This document shows, in pieces, positions 1 through 11,011 of a DNA stretch of 64,000 bases; the first letter of the stretch is position 1, and each line of letters opens with the position of its first letter. The stretch is taken from contig JBHGNT010000008.1 in the NCBI GenBank assembly GCA_043228905.1, forward strand, positions 14,756,001 to 14,820,000, given 5' to 3'. Below the pieces are notes generated by a model. That model was not told the origin of the DNA. It saw only the letters and a list, made by a program, of their open reading frames with translations, and did not search any database. Position numbers and translations under genes: made by a program. Source of the stretch: Azolla caroliniana. Its lineage: Eukaryota; Plantae; Polypodiophyta.

Positions 1-28
1 GGTTCTCCATCTCTCTTAACTTCCCATT

Positions 29-45
29 TCATGTTGGGTTCACCA
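29..45 (-). promoter_or_regulatory. Degenerate tRNA-Trp primer-binding site of a Gypsy element running off the left edge
   Basis: Minus strand TGGTGAACCCAACATGA directly follows the LTR end. It has 2 mismatches to the intact site TGGTGAACCCGACGTGA at 43717-43733, which is complementary to the plant tRNA-Trp 3' end. Confidence 0.75.
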
Positions 46-46
46 T

Positions 47-599
47 TGTCGCGTTGATCTCAGTGTACGAGAGAAAACGAAAAGAAAATCGTGAATTCGG
101 GAAGTAAGCATCGGGCTTCTTGTCAAAGAAAGAGTAGAAACGGAAATAACTTGTATTGATATTTAAAGATGATTACAAAATATTTCTTGTACAATAATAT
201 AGCTTGTCCCTCTTTCTACAATAATATTCCTCGTCTCATGTTCTCCCCTCACTCTTTTCCCGTTCCTTCTTTAAATAGGTGCCCCCATGCATATGATGCA
301 TATGAGGCTACAAGTCATGCATGTAGTGCATGAAATGCATGTGATGCATGATCGCCATTTGGCGTTCATGCATTACATGTGATGCATGATAGACATCCCA
401 CGCATCTGAGCTTTCATGTTTGAAAATATACATGCCATAAGTACAAACATTAGAATATAGCTTTAAAAGAACAAATGACCTTGCCTAATGTTATGTGCCT
501 TGTGTTTGGTATGTGAGGTTGTGGGTTCAAGTCTCTCAAATTTTATTTAATAGAATATTGTAGTTTATTTTTCTATCATAAAGCAAATCCTTCACGACA
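47..599 (-). mobile_element. 5' LTR of a Gypsy element (tRNA-Trp PBS type)
   Basis: Minus strand starts TGTCGTGAAGG and ends CGCGACA next to the PBS. It shares its 5' terminus and CATGCA-rich block with the LTR at 26400-27552. Confidence 0.75.
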
Positions 600-833
600 C
601 CTAAACCCCCACACGCTCCTACTCATCGAGGCCTCATGCCATAAGTACTAGAATATAGCTTTAAAAGAACAAATGACCTTGCCTAATGTTATGTGCCTTG
701 TGTTTGGTATGTGAGATTGTGGGTTCAAGTCTCTCAAATTTTATTTAATAGAATATTGTAGTTTATTTTTCTATCATGAAGCAAATCCTTCACGACACCT
801 AAACCCCCACACGCTCCTACTCATCAAGGCCTC
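431..833. repeat. ~200-bp tandem duplication spanning the LTR 5' end and flank
   Basis: 431-635 is repeated at 635-833 with a 6-bp deletion and a few substitutions. Confidence 0.95.
481..540 (+). ncRNA. tRNA-like Pol III A/B-box module inside LTR, antisense to the element; duplicate at 679-738
   Basis: A-box-like TTGCCTAATGT at 481, B-box GGTTCAAGTC at 524 (43 nt later), TTTT at 541. Confidence 0.5.
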
Positions 834-929
834 TAACTCTATATAACGTTTTACAAAGATTTGAATAAAAGCTCATATAAAGTGGTAGAGGTTATTTTCT
901 CATCGTGGCATGGAAACGTCACGACAACG

Positions 930-2499
930 GTGCTGAAGAGAACAGGTCCTTATGCTTTTTTCAAGATCTCCAACCCATCAACAAGGTGACGATCCAAAAT
1001 GCTAGAATCGGTCCAAGTGTAGAGGAAATTGCCAAGGCCTTCGCAGGAAGATCAATCTATTCCATTGGTGATCACTACGCAGGCTATGACCAGTTTCAAT
1101 TGGCGGTCGATAGTAGAGACATAATGACAATGAGGACGTCGATCAGGTTGGTAAGGATATGCACCTTACCCCAAGGTGCGACAAACTCTGTAGCCCACAT
1201 GGTGAATGCCATGAACAAAGTGTTGAAGGATTGTATCCCTGATATCACAGTGCCCTTCATAGATGACATTCCGATCAAAGGATGCTTGGTGGAAGAGAAA
1301 GATGAATAGAAAGATGTAGATGGTTGTCGAAGATTCGTCATCTATCATATAAAGGATAGCGAGAAGGTGTTGCAAAAGCTTTAGGATGCAAATCTCACGT
1401 TTTCGGGAGAGAAGTCTGCATTCGGTCATCCAGAAATATTGATAGTAGGACACTAATGTGGATCTTATGGCCGAAATCCATCTCCATCCAAGGTGAACAC
1501 TATTCAAGAGATGAAAGAAATTGTGAGTCCCAAATAGAGGTACGAAGATTCTTAGGAGCATGTGCATTCTATCACATATGGATTCCTCACTATGCCCATG
1601 TCGCTGAACCAATGTATGGAGTACTAAAGAAAATGAAGACGTTCGAATGGGAAGATGAGTATACCTACGTGGTTCAAATGTTAAAGAAACTATTATTGGA
1701 AGCTCCAGCATTGCGCAAAGACGACTTCACCGACGGTACCCCGATATATGATAGTGGATATGAGCCCAACCACAATTGGATGGGTGATAAACGAAGAAGA
1801 CAAAGAAAAAAATCGGTATCCAATCCGATTCGGTGCAAAGATGTTGACCGAAAGACAAAGAAAGTATACCCAAGTAAAGAGAGAGCTATGGTGGATAGTA
1901 TCCGTGGTTAAAATCGATCGTGACTACCTACCGATTGTCTACCTATTCTTCGAATGAAATCCGGTTGTGCTATACCAGATGTTGCTATGCTACAATGGAT
2001 TTCCTATATCAAGTACCTCAACCCCGAGATTCGACATATAAATGGGAGGCATAATGTGGTGCCCAATATGTTGTCAAGGGCAAGGTATGAGGGTGAAGAA
2101 GATTTGCACTCCGACGAAGACGATGTTGGCCTAAACTTCTTTACGGATTCTTGTGCTCGAGTGCTAGTAGTGTTTAAAGTAGAATATTATGAGGGTGAAT
2201 TCATCGAAATTGGCAAGTACTTGAGCTCTCTTTCAAAGGATGAATCATGGTCAAACGAAGACTTCTACCGAATTAGGGAGAAGGCCAACAAGTTCTTCCT
2301 CAAAGGACATCTATGGATGTTCCCAAAGTGAGAGAATGGAACTCCGCTTCGAGTGGTGTGCAAGAAATAGGATCGAGAATCCCTAATTACTAAATGTCAT
2401 GATAGTGTGTGGCCAAGTTATCGAGGCAAATGGGCAACTTTTGCAAAGCTAAAGGAGAAGTATTGGTGGACAGGTGTTTACAAAGATGTGGCAAGCTAT
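930..2499 (+). pseudogene. Gypsy pol fragment (RT, RNase H, start of integrase)
   Basis: ORFs 905-1309 (QDLQPINK, LPQGATNS, PFIDDIPIKG), 1456-1911 (RRFLGAC), 1748-1957 and 1954-2331, followed by CHDS...KEKYWW; broken by stops and frameshifts. Confidence 0.9.
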
Positions 2500-3052
2500 T
2501 GTCATAGATAGGATGCTACATGGAATGGTGGGGGTTGAACCCATGACCTTCTGGCCTTATTAGGCAACCTTACCAGTTGAGCTACATCCATTTATGCATT
2601 ATTGTATTGTATAAGATTCAACTTATTTCATTATAAATTGATTAGTAGAACTTTCAGGAACCTTCTAGAGTCGGCGCGACAAGCTGAGAGCTCCCCGACC
2701 GACGGCTTGGCAGTAGACGACTATTGCAACCTGAGCTACTTAGGTCGGGCTCGATGCTAGTATTGCACCTTAATCTTGTAATATATGTGTCGAGGATTCG
2801 GCGTATCGGTGTCTGTGTGGGTGTTTTGGCGTCCTTTTACCTCCGTTTCTGTGCATAAGGGCGTGAGTTGGGTCGGCGTGTTGCGTGTGCGTGTGTGCGT
2901 GTGAGTCGGTGTCAAGCGTGCACTCTCTCTATTTCTCTCTCTTTCTCTCTCTTTCTCTGTCTCGTTTGGTTGCTTCCGGAACACGTCTGGAATCGTCTTC
3001 TCGGCTTTCCTTCTTCGCTTATCCGAGACCCCCGTGGTCCCGCCCTTCTACA
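2500..3052 (+). mobile_element. Gypsy-type LTR without a recognisable TSD
   Basis: Starts TGTCATAGAT (cf. TGTCATGAAG of related LTRs), has an AT-rich TATA-like site near 2780 and a CT-rich leader, and ends GTGGTCCC...CTACA like the LTR at 18750-19261. Confidence 0.6.
2521..2591 (-). ncRNA. tRNA-like (Ile-AAT-like) sequence inside LTR, antisense
   Basis: ATGGATG-TAGCTCAACTGGTAAGG-TTGC-CTAATAA-GGCCAGAAGGTC-ATGGG-TTCAACC-CCCAC-CATTCCA: A box, anticodon-like loop, T-arm and partial acceptor stem. Not a canonical tRNA. Confidence 0.65.
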
Positions 3053-3393
3053 TGCACGCGCATAATAATGCGACAGCGGCGCGCCAGTTCGCGTCCTTAG
3101 CCGCTTTTGCATAGCTCTCCGGCTCACGCACTTCCGCTACACGGGTCATGTACGCATAATGATGCGCCATGTACTCGTTGTATCCGAACCGCACAACTGG
3201 GTTTTTCTAGCGGGTAGGTCGACCTAATCGGTCTTTAGCCGATGTCGAGGTCTTCTCGGCCGACGCGGACTTCGCTCTTGAAGACCCATCACCGCTTCCC
3301 TTGGAGTCGGACTTGCGTCGGTCTGACTCGTACCTATCCGTTGTCGAGGTATTCCTCGCGGATGCGTGGAATGAGGCGGGACCTCAAGGGTCC

Positions 3394-4320
3394 TGTACCG
3401 AAGAGCAAGAGAGAAAGGACAAGAGACCCACTATGTGCGAGCGTAGATTCACAGGGACATGGCCCTTCGACACAAAGACGCGAGTGGGACAGCGACTCAG
3501 AGAGACACGAATGTATGTATGTATTAACAAAGACAACAACAAGAACACGGGAGCAACAAAAACACGAAGTCGGTTACAACCGAACAGGCCGGCGAACAGA
3601 TGCCGATGCCTGTTCGTAAACGCACAGAAAGACAGGAGCAGGTTGGAGGTGCTGCCAGAAGCACTCGGGCATTCCTCAGAGCAGCGCGAGCCTCCCGAAA
3701 CCTGCACAGAAGGGAGCTATGGAGTTTGCGAACCAAAGAGAGAGAGAGAGAGAGAGAAGCCTTCGCACGCAAACCGACAGCACTTCGTCCTCGACTCTCC
3801 GCGATCCTTTCTGTTCTCGTCTCCCTCCTTTTAATAGGCAAGGAAGGAGCCGTTTCCCCTTTACTTCCTACCCACTAAATCTACCCGCCTAGGATCTTCT
3901 ATGGACAACATTCGAGAAGAGCCGGTTCCTACGCTCCTGTGCACCAATTCCGCTTGTGGACGGTTTTCTTCATGACATCCGCCCCCACCTAACCGCGCAT
4001 CCACCGGCATGCGCCAAATTGAGTTGGGACGGAGAAAACCTGTCCAGCCTTCATTCCCCGTCCGTCGGTTCTTCCTCGGTTTCGGATCGTTCATCGTCAC
4101 GGTCCAGGTCAACCGGATCCGGCTTGTCGTCGTGACGCTTCTTGAACGCTTTGATCCGCTTCCCCGCTACCGGTATCGCCATTCTCGTACCGTCGAGTTC
4201 CACCAGACGGTACGTCCCGTTGTCGTTGGCGCTTTGTACCACGTAAGGCCCAAACCACCTTCTTGCGAACTTCCGTGTCGCTCGGTGCTGGTTGTCAAGG
4301 CTGCTGTCGTAGACTAGCAC
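3394..4320 (-). mobile_element. 3' remnant of a Gypsy element: integrase C-terminus, PPT and 3' LTR (3394-3977)
   Basis: ORF 4051-4320 has the RWFGPY (GPY/F) motif. PPT AGGTGGGGGCGGA at 3978-3990 precedes TGTCATGAAG, and the LTR ends CGGTACA. Confidence 0.8.
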
Positions 4321-4743
4321 CCCGAAGCTAAATCAGACTCTCTTCGCGGGTCCCGATTTCAGGCTCATTCGGAGGCATCTCGGCCTCGCTGACCTCATCA
4401 TCAGAACTCGGATTGGACGTAAGGTCCGGAGTTGGAGTCAAGTACCAGGACGCGAATTCGTTAACCACAACGTCGCGGCTGACACGTGCTTGTTTGGTGC
4501 GCGGATTATAACACTTATAACCCTTCTGCTCGTCCGAGTAACCGACCAAGATACATTTCTCGGCCTTTGCGTCTAGCTTTCTCCGTTTCTCCTTTGGCAC
4601 ATGCACATACGCAATGCTACCGAAAACTCGTAAGTGCCGCAAGTTCGGCTTCGTTCCGAAGTATAGCTCGTGCGCCGACACTTTGTCTCCGATCCGGTTC
4701 TGAATGTATACCGCAGTTCGTACCGCCTCGGCCCCCATAATAT

Positions 4744-5652
4744 TGTTGGGAGACAGGTCCCTCCGGATGGGAAGGGAGAAGAACAGTGCTGATGAGCAAA
4801 CTCGGCCTCGGCCGAAACCGGATGAGGAGTACCCGGCTACGGAGAGCCGGATGATACAGGCCCGGTGAGAACCGGAAGAGGAGTACCCGGCTACGGAGAG
4901 CCGGATGGCGCAGACTTGGTATGAACCGGATGAGGAGTACCCGGCTACGGAGAGCCAGATGATACAGGCCCGGTGAGAACCGGAAGAGGAGTACCAAGCT
5001 ACGGAGAGCCGGATGGCGCAGACCCGGTATGAACTGGATGAGGAGTACCCGGCTACGGAGAGCCGGATGATACAGGCCCGGTGAGAACCGGAAAAGGAGT
5101 ACCCGGCTACGGAGAGCCGGATGATACAGGCTCGGTGAGAACCGGATGAGGAGCACCCGGCTACGGAGAGCCGGATGACGCAGACCCGGTGAGAACCGGA
5201 GGAAGAGACATATTCGTAAATATGTTTCTGAGAGCCCATCGAGGCTATATTTGTAAATAGCCGAAAATTCATATTAGTATAAATATGACTTAGGGCAAAC
5301 TTTTGTTGCTGTGGTTGTCATTTTCTGTTTTGCACGAGATTGGTGTGCGTAACTGTACAGAGAGAGAGAGAGAGAGAAAGAGGTCGTTTCCTCTGTTGTA
5401 ACAGCCGCCTGTGGCGAAGATTTGTGAGCACGAGGTCGGTGCCTCAGTGAACTCACTGTTGTATATTCCTACATAGTGACAGTTTGCAGCCTGTGGGCTG
5501 CCGTGGTTTTTCCCCTAGTTTGGGGTTTTCCACGTAAACCTCCTGCGTATTCTCTCCTTCTTTGTGTCGCGTTTTATTTCCCGTTTTCTGTGTATCATTC
5601 TAAGCTCGGTTGTGGCCGAGCGTTGCGCATAAGGAACGTTGGGTTCCCGTCA
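4744..5652 (+). mobile_element. Solo LTR, Copia family B
   Basis: TGTTGGGAGA...TTCCCGTCA, closely similar to 42257-42979; imperfect TSD AATAT/AACAT; inserted in Copia integrase. Confidence 0.9.
4816..5199. repeat. Seven copies of a 54-bp CCGG-rich tandem repeat in LTR U3
   Basis: Units start AACCGG at 4816, 4870, 4924, 4978, 5032, 5086, 5140 (partial at 5194). Confidence 0.95.
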
Positions 5653-7704
5653 AACATCGCCTGTGCTCTTTTCTTCCAGCATTGCTTGTGCTGCTTCCAC
5701 AACCGACCGATTTTTCCTCTAAGCCATGTCGTTTGCCTCCGGCGTGTATCTACAATTGAATTCGCGCTGAATTCGCATCTGTTGTAGGTAACCGTTGAAT
5801 TGACCGGAAAAGTATTCTTTTCCGCCATCCGACTGCAGGCACTTGATCTTTCTTCCTGTTTCCGTTTCCACGAACCCTTTGAGGTCCCCAAAACAGTCGA
5901 AGACTTTGCTCTTCCTCTCAATGAGGTAGATCCACGTGTGTCGCGTGTAGTCGTCGATGAAGGAGACTAAATATCGGCTCCCACTAAGACTAACGTTTTG
6001 TGCCGGCCCCCACAACATCGGAGTGTATCACGTCGAGCTTGTTTCGGCTCCGGTTATGCTCGTTGGGGAAGGGAAGTCGGTGTTGCTTCCCAAGCTAGCA
6101 GGCTTCACAAATTTGTGCCTTCCGACCACTAAATTTGGGCAATCCGAACGCCACTTGTTTCGATTGCAGGTATTGAAGCCGTTGGTAGTTGACGTGGCCT
6201 ATCCGCTTGTGCCATAAGTCGATGTCTGACTCGACTTTTTGTCCCTTCGTGAACATTGCGGTGCCACCGTCAGTAGAGTCGAGGATGAACATCCTCCCAT
6301 CTCTGCGCCCTTGCGCAATAATATGGCCTTCTTCCTCAATGAAGCACCCGAGGTGTGTAAACCGGACCTGCATCCCTTGGTCGACGATCTCTCCGACCGA
6401 CACCAAGTTCTTCGTGATTGTCGGAACGTGTAGCACGTTCATGAGTTTCCCTTTCTGCCCGACGTGGCTCAGGGGAACTTCTCTGACATTCGTGATCGGA
6501 TGCAGAGTGTCATCTCCGGTTGCAACTACTCCCGGTTGCGTCGGTTTCTCAAGGTATGAAAACCACTCCTTGTGGCACGTCATGTGGTTTGACGCGCCGG
6601 AGTCGACCTACCACACCTCGTCCGATTTCAGGGCGGACTGCTTCATTGAGTTTGCTTCGTGTCTCGTCACGAAGATTGACCCTTTTCGGCTTTTCTGGAT
6701 CCTTCGGCGTAGTGCGATCGTTGCCGGTTTCCTTTGTCGGTATTTTCGGAACTAGATCCAGAACCGGTCCTCTCCAACTCGGCGCGCTTTTTCCAGCACT
6801 CACTCTCCTTGTGGCCTTTCTTGCCACAGTACCAGCATTCCACGACAGATTTCCCTTGCCGGTTCTCGTCGCCTCGACTCGCCCTGTTTCTGGAGGGTTC
6901 GGAGTTGTTGTCGACATCACTTCAGTGCCTTCTTCCTTGATCCCGTCGGCCGCCTCCATTGCGTACCAACTTGCCTCGTCCGCCACGACCACGAGGCCTC
7001 TCTCCCTCCGTGTACAGCATCCTACTATCGGCATGCGTGCTTGTCGACGCACCCGTGTGGTTCTCCTCTATAAGGAGCATCGACTGTAAGTCGAAAAACG
7101 AAGACGTATTCTCCCGGATACACACAGCAGTTCAGAACGCTCCGAACTTTGACGCCAAACCCCTAAGACAGACTTGGACCATCTCGTTTTCCTCGATGTC
7201 ACATCGATGGAAGCTAAGGAGTGGCATAATTCCTTGATTTTCGAGGTATAGTTAGCCACCGACAAGTCGCGTTGTCGTAGGTTGCGCAACTCCTGTCGCA
7301 GCTGAAGCTTCCTGGCTATGGTGCTCGCGGCGAAAATCTTCTTTAGATTTTCCCACGCACCCTTCAACGTTTTTGCATCCCGAACGTAGCTTAACAGCTG
7401 TTCACCCACACAAGACGCGAAATAGTACAACACTCTGCTCGTTGATTGTTCCCATGCCGGGAAGTCTTTGTTTGTCGAATCGGGTGTTGTGTCATTTGCT
7501 CCATCGACATAGCTCCAGTAACCGTGTCCGAGCAGATACTGGTGCATCTTGTAGGACCAAGATGCGTAGTTGGTTCTGTCGAGCTTCTCCTTTGGAAGCG
7601 AGCTAGCCATTCCTCTGTCCATCGGTTTCCTTGTTCTTCTTCGTTGGTTTTTCCTTCAAGAAAAATCCGCTGTAGAGGTTCTCAACCCTCGCGCTCTGAT
7701 ACCA

Positions 7705-8100
7705 TGAAAAGAATTGCGTGTGGAAGCAATATAGAAAACTGAACAACAGAAAATGCAGGTTTAATGGAAGGCTTAGATTTGCACAGTACGCACGGGAGAG
7801 ACAGAGAGAGAGTAAACACAGAACTTAATTCCAAAAGATAATGCTCAATCTGTACATAGGATGTGCTCAGTGAGCACTTTTATACAAGGCCTGACAATCG
7901 AGCTGACACACAGTACTTTACTGCTCATAAATGAGCCTCGACACTCACTCCCAAAACTATTCCTTACGAGGAATATCTTTCAATCGGCCTCGCGGTTTAC
8001 GCACCGCTACGACCATGTCATACGTACCGATTTTACGCACCCAGTCTACGCACTGGTTACGCATCGTATTAGGCACAAATGTTGAGCTTGTCTCTCAACA
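7705..8100 (-). mobile_element. 5' LTR of Copia family A element
   Basis: Minus strand TGTTGAGAGACAAGCTCAACA...TTTTCA, then PBS TGGTATCAGAGC; homologous to 22550-22882. Confidence 0.9.
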
Positions 8101-9022
8101 TTCGGCATATGCTTCTCTTCAAGCATTGCCCTAGCTGCTTCTTCGATTGTTCGATTCTTCCGCCCGGCCACGCCGTTCTGTTGCGGCGTGTATCTGCACG
8201 AGAATTCGCGTCGAATTCCCTCCTTTTGTAGATAACTTGTGAATTGGTCGGAGAAGTACTCCTTCCTACCATCGGACCATAGGCATTTGATCTTATGCCC
8301 CATTTCCCTTTCCACAAGGCTTTTCAGGTTTAGGAAACATGCGAAGACTTCATTCTTCTTCGCGATCGTGTATACCCACGTGTGCCGAGTGAAGTCGTCG
8401 ATGAAGGTTACAAAGTAACGGCTTCCACCAAGACTCACGTTTTGTGCCGGACCCCACACATCCCAATGGATCAAATCCTGTGGATTTCGACTACGATTAC
8501 ACTCATTGGGGAATGGAAGTTGGTGTTGTTGTCCCATCTGGCAAGCTTCGCAGACTTGGCCATTCCGGCCTCGAAATTTCGGCAAGCCGAACACAATGTT
8601 CTTCGTCTACATTTTACGAAGTCATGGGAAGTTAATACGGATGAACCGCTTATGCCACAGGTCGATGTCTGACACAACCTTCTGCCCTTTCGCAAACATA
8701 GCAGTGCCCACATTGTTGGTTTCGAGGATAAACATCCTCCCTTCACGGCACCCTTGCGTGATTACTTTGCCCTCCTCTTCTATGAAGCAGCCAAGATGCG
8801 TGAATCGAACTTGCATACCTTGGTTGACGATTTGTTCGACCGACACAAGGTTCTTGGTTATTGTCGGGACGTGTAGCACGTTCAAGAGTTTCCCTTTCGG
8901 CCCGACATGGCTGAGGGGAACTTCATTGACATGTTCAATGGTATGCGGAGTGTCGTCTCCGGTTTTGACCACTCCTTGCTTTTCCGGCTTCTCCAAGTAC
9001 AAGAACCATTCCTCGTGACTCG
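8101..9022 (-). pseudogene. Copia family A protease/integrase fragment
   Basis: ORFs 8622-9119 and 8046-8594 (HWDVWGP, FIDDFTR, SDGRKEY, PQQNGVA). Confidence 0.9.
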
Positions 9023-11011
9023 TCATATGATTAGATGCCCCAGAATCTACATACCACATAAACTTTTCATTGCATCTCTGTGAACATTCAACCACTGGTG
9101 TTGTTTCATGTTGCATCACAAATGCACCATCTTTATCACAATCTTCACTAGTTGAGGCATAATTATTTTGTTGTCTCTTCCCTCTTTTCTCATCATTTTG
9201 CTTTTTATAGCATTCAACCTATGTGTGGCCTGGTTTTCCACAATACCAACAACCATCATCATTCAAATAGGTTTTCTTACCTCTGTCTCAATTGCTCCCC
9301 CCCCCTCTTATGTTGTTTCTTCCACTAATGGCTTGTTGTCCTCTTCCTTGATAATTATTGAACGAGAATCTCTGGTTCCCTTAACCTTTCAAACCAATTT
9401 TTATGTCCTGTCATATGATTAGATGCCCCAGAATCTACATACCACATAAACTCTTCATTGCATCTCTGTGAACATTCAGCCACTGGTGTTGTTTCATGTT
9501 GCATCACAAATGCACCATCTTTATCACAGTCTTCACTAGTTCAGGCATAATTATTTTGTTGTCTCTTCCCTCTTTTCTCATCATTTTGCTTTTTATAGCA
9601 TTCAGCCTGTGTGTGGCCTGGTTTTCCACAATACCAACATCCATCATCAATCAAATAGGTTTGCTTACCTCTGTCTCGATTGCTCCCCCCGCCTCTTATG
9701 TTGTTTCTTCCACTAATGGCTTGTTGTCCTCTTCCTTGATAATTATTGTTGGTTCTAGTTGAACCAAATCTTCCATGGTCTCTTCCTCGGCCTCTTCCAG
9801 CACTATTGTAGAGGGCTTGCCCCTCATTCTCTGAGTTTCCTTTGTTTACATCATCCATTTGATTTCTTTCTTCTACTACAAGCATTGAAACCAAATCTCG
9901 AAAACTTGGGATGCTATCCTATCCCTTGTGAGAATAGATGTTTTGAATATTTTATATTCAGGTCCTAAACCTCTTAAGCATATTTCCACCTTATCATCAT
10001 TTTCTACCTTCACATTGATAGAAGCAAGTGATTCACATATGCTCTTTATTTTCAGAGTATACTCATTTACTGACATCATACCTTTTTCAAAGGTATTTAG
10101 CTCGGTCTTCAACGGAAGCTTTCTTGCCTTTGTGTTCACTGCAAACAGTTTTACTAAACTGTCCCAAGCTTCTTTTGGAAGCATAACATCCTATATGTGT
10201 CCAAGCATCGAATCTGAGATGCTAAGTGACAACCAGTGCAATACCTTTCTTGCCCCTTGGTTCCATTCCTTAAATGCTTTAATCTGTGCAACAAATGCAT
10301 TTTCTTCAAGGATCTCTGGAACCTCTTCTAGGTCTCCTTCAATATAATCCCAGTATCCTTCCCCCATAAGGAAGTTTGTCATTCTGAATTTCCACGCCGG
10401 GAAATTGTTTTTATCTAGTTTTTCTGTAACTATTTGGCTTGCATTCTCTGCAGCCATTTTCTCTTTCAGTTAGGGTTAACTTCACAGACAACTCTCTCTA
10501 ATTCAAATCAGCAACCAGAAACAAACTTCTCAGATCTTTGTACGGTTCTAATCTTCTTTACGAGCAACTCTGCTTTGATACCATGTTACGAAGGCGCTAC
10601 GGCTCTTCTATGTGCACAGCGGATCGTGATGTGCTGGATCGTTCAGTACTCAAGACAGAAAAGGGGAAGGGGAAGGAGGCTTACCTCTACAGAGTCTAAA
10701 AAGCTTCTACTTCATTACACACAGAGCTCAACTCACTCTCGTTTGCTTTCTGTTTTCTGTTCTTACTCTCTGCACTACTCTCAATCTTCTCTTACTACTA
10801 CTTTTCTACTTACTTTTTACCTAAGTAATAAGTTACTTATATATGCAGCTAATTAGCTATTTGTAGCTAAATAGTTGTCAATAGCTAAATAGTTGTGCAT
10901 AGCTAAATAGTTGTTTCACCTTTATGTTCACCAGTAGCTAATTAGCTAATAGCTACTATAGCTTATATCTCAATAAGCATCACATACCTTTGTTGAGCTT
11001 GCTTGTAAACA
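9023..11011 (-). mobile_element. Truncated Copia family E element (5' LTR 10584-11011, PBS, gag)
   Basis: Gag pieces 10191-10457, 9876-10184 and 9541-9894 are close to the intact 35525-39886 Gag. PBS TGGTATCAAAGC at 10572-10583. LTR is homologous to 40014-40522. Confidence 0.9.

Larger units (their letters stand above)
3053..8100 (-). mobile_element. Degenerate Copia family A element, 3' end lost, with nested insertions
   Basis: Gag 7068-7622 (KLDRTNYASW), CCHC near 6800, PR-GAG-pre-IN 6095-6583, IN 5719-6018, IN C-term 4330-4740, pre-RT 3075-3390 (RFGYNEYMAHHYAY), iMet PBS 7693-7704. Confidence 0.85.

Noticed and set aside
600-620. G-rich tract next to the LTR suggesting a shared-LTR tandem element
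   Set aside because: GTGGGGGTTTAGG is not a clean PPT and no integrase sequence lies beyond it; more likely flank.
2521-2591. Functional tRNA gene
   Set aside because: D, anticodon and acceptor stems are imperfect; reported only as tRNA-like.
4816-5199. CRISPR-like regular repeats
   Set aside because: No unique spacers and no cas genes; a plain tandem array in a eukaryotic LTR.
4328-5272. 314-aa ORF with SSSGSHRACIIRLSVAGY repeats (also 42224-42946 and 41697-42533)
   Set aside because: It is antisense read-through of the 54-bp LTR repeat, fused by chance to host integrase or gag; not a real gene.
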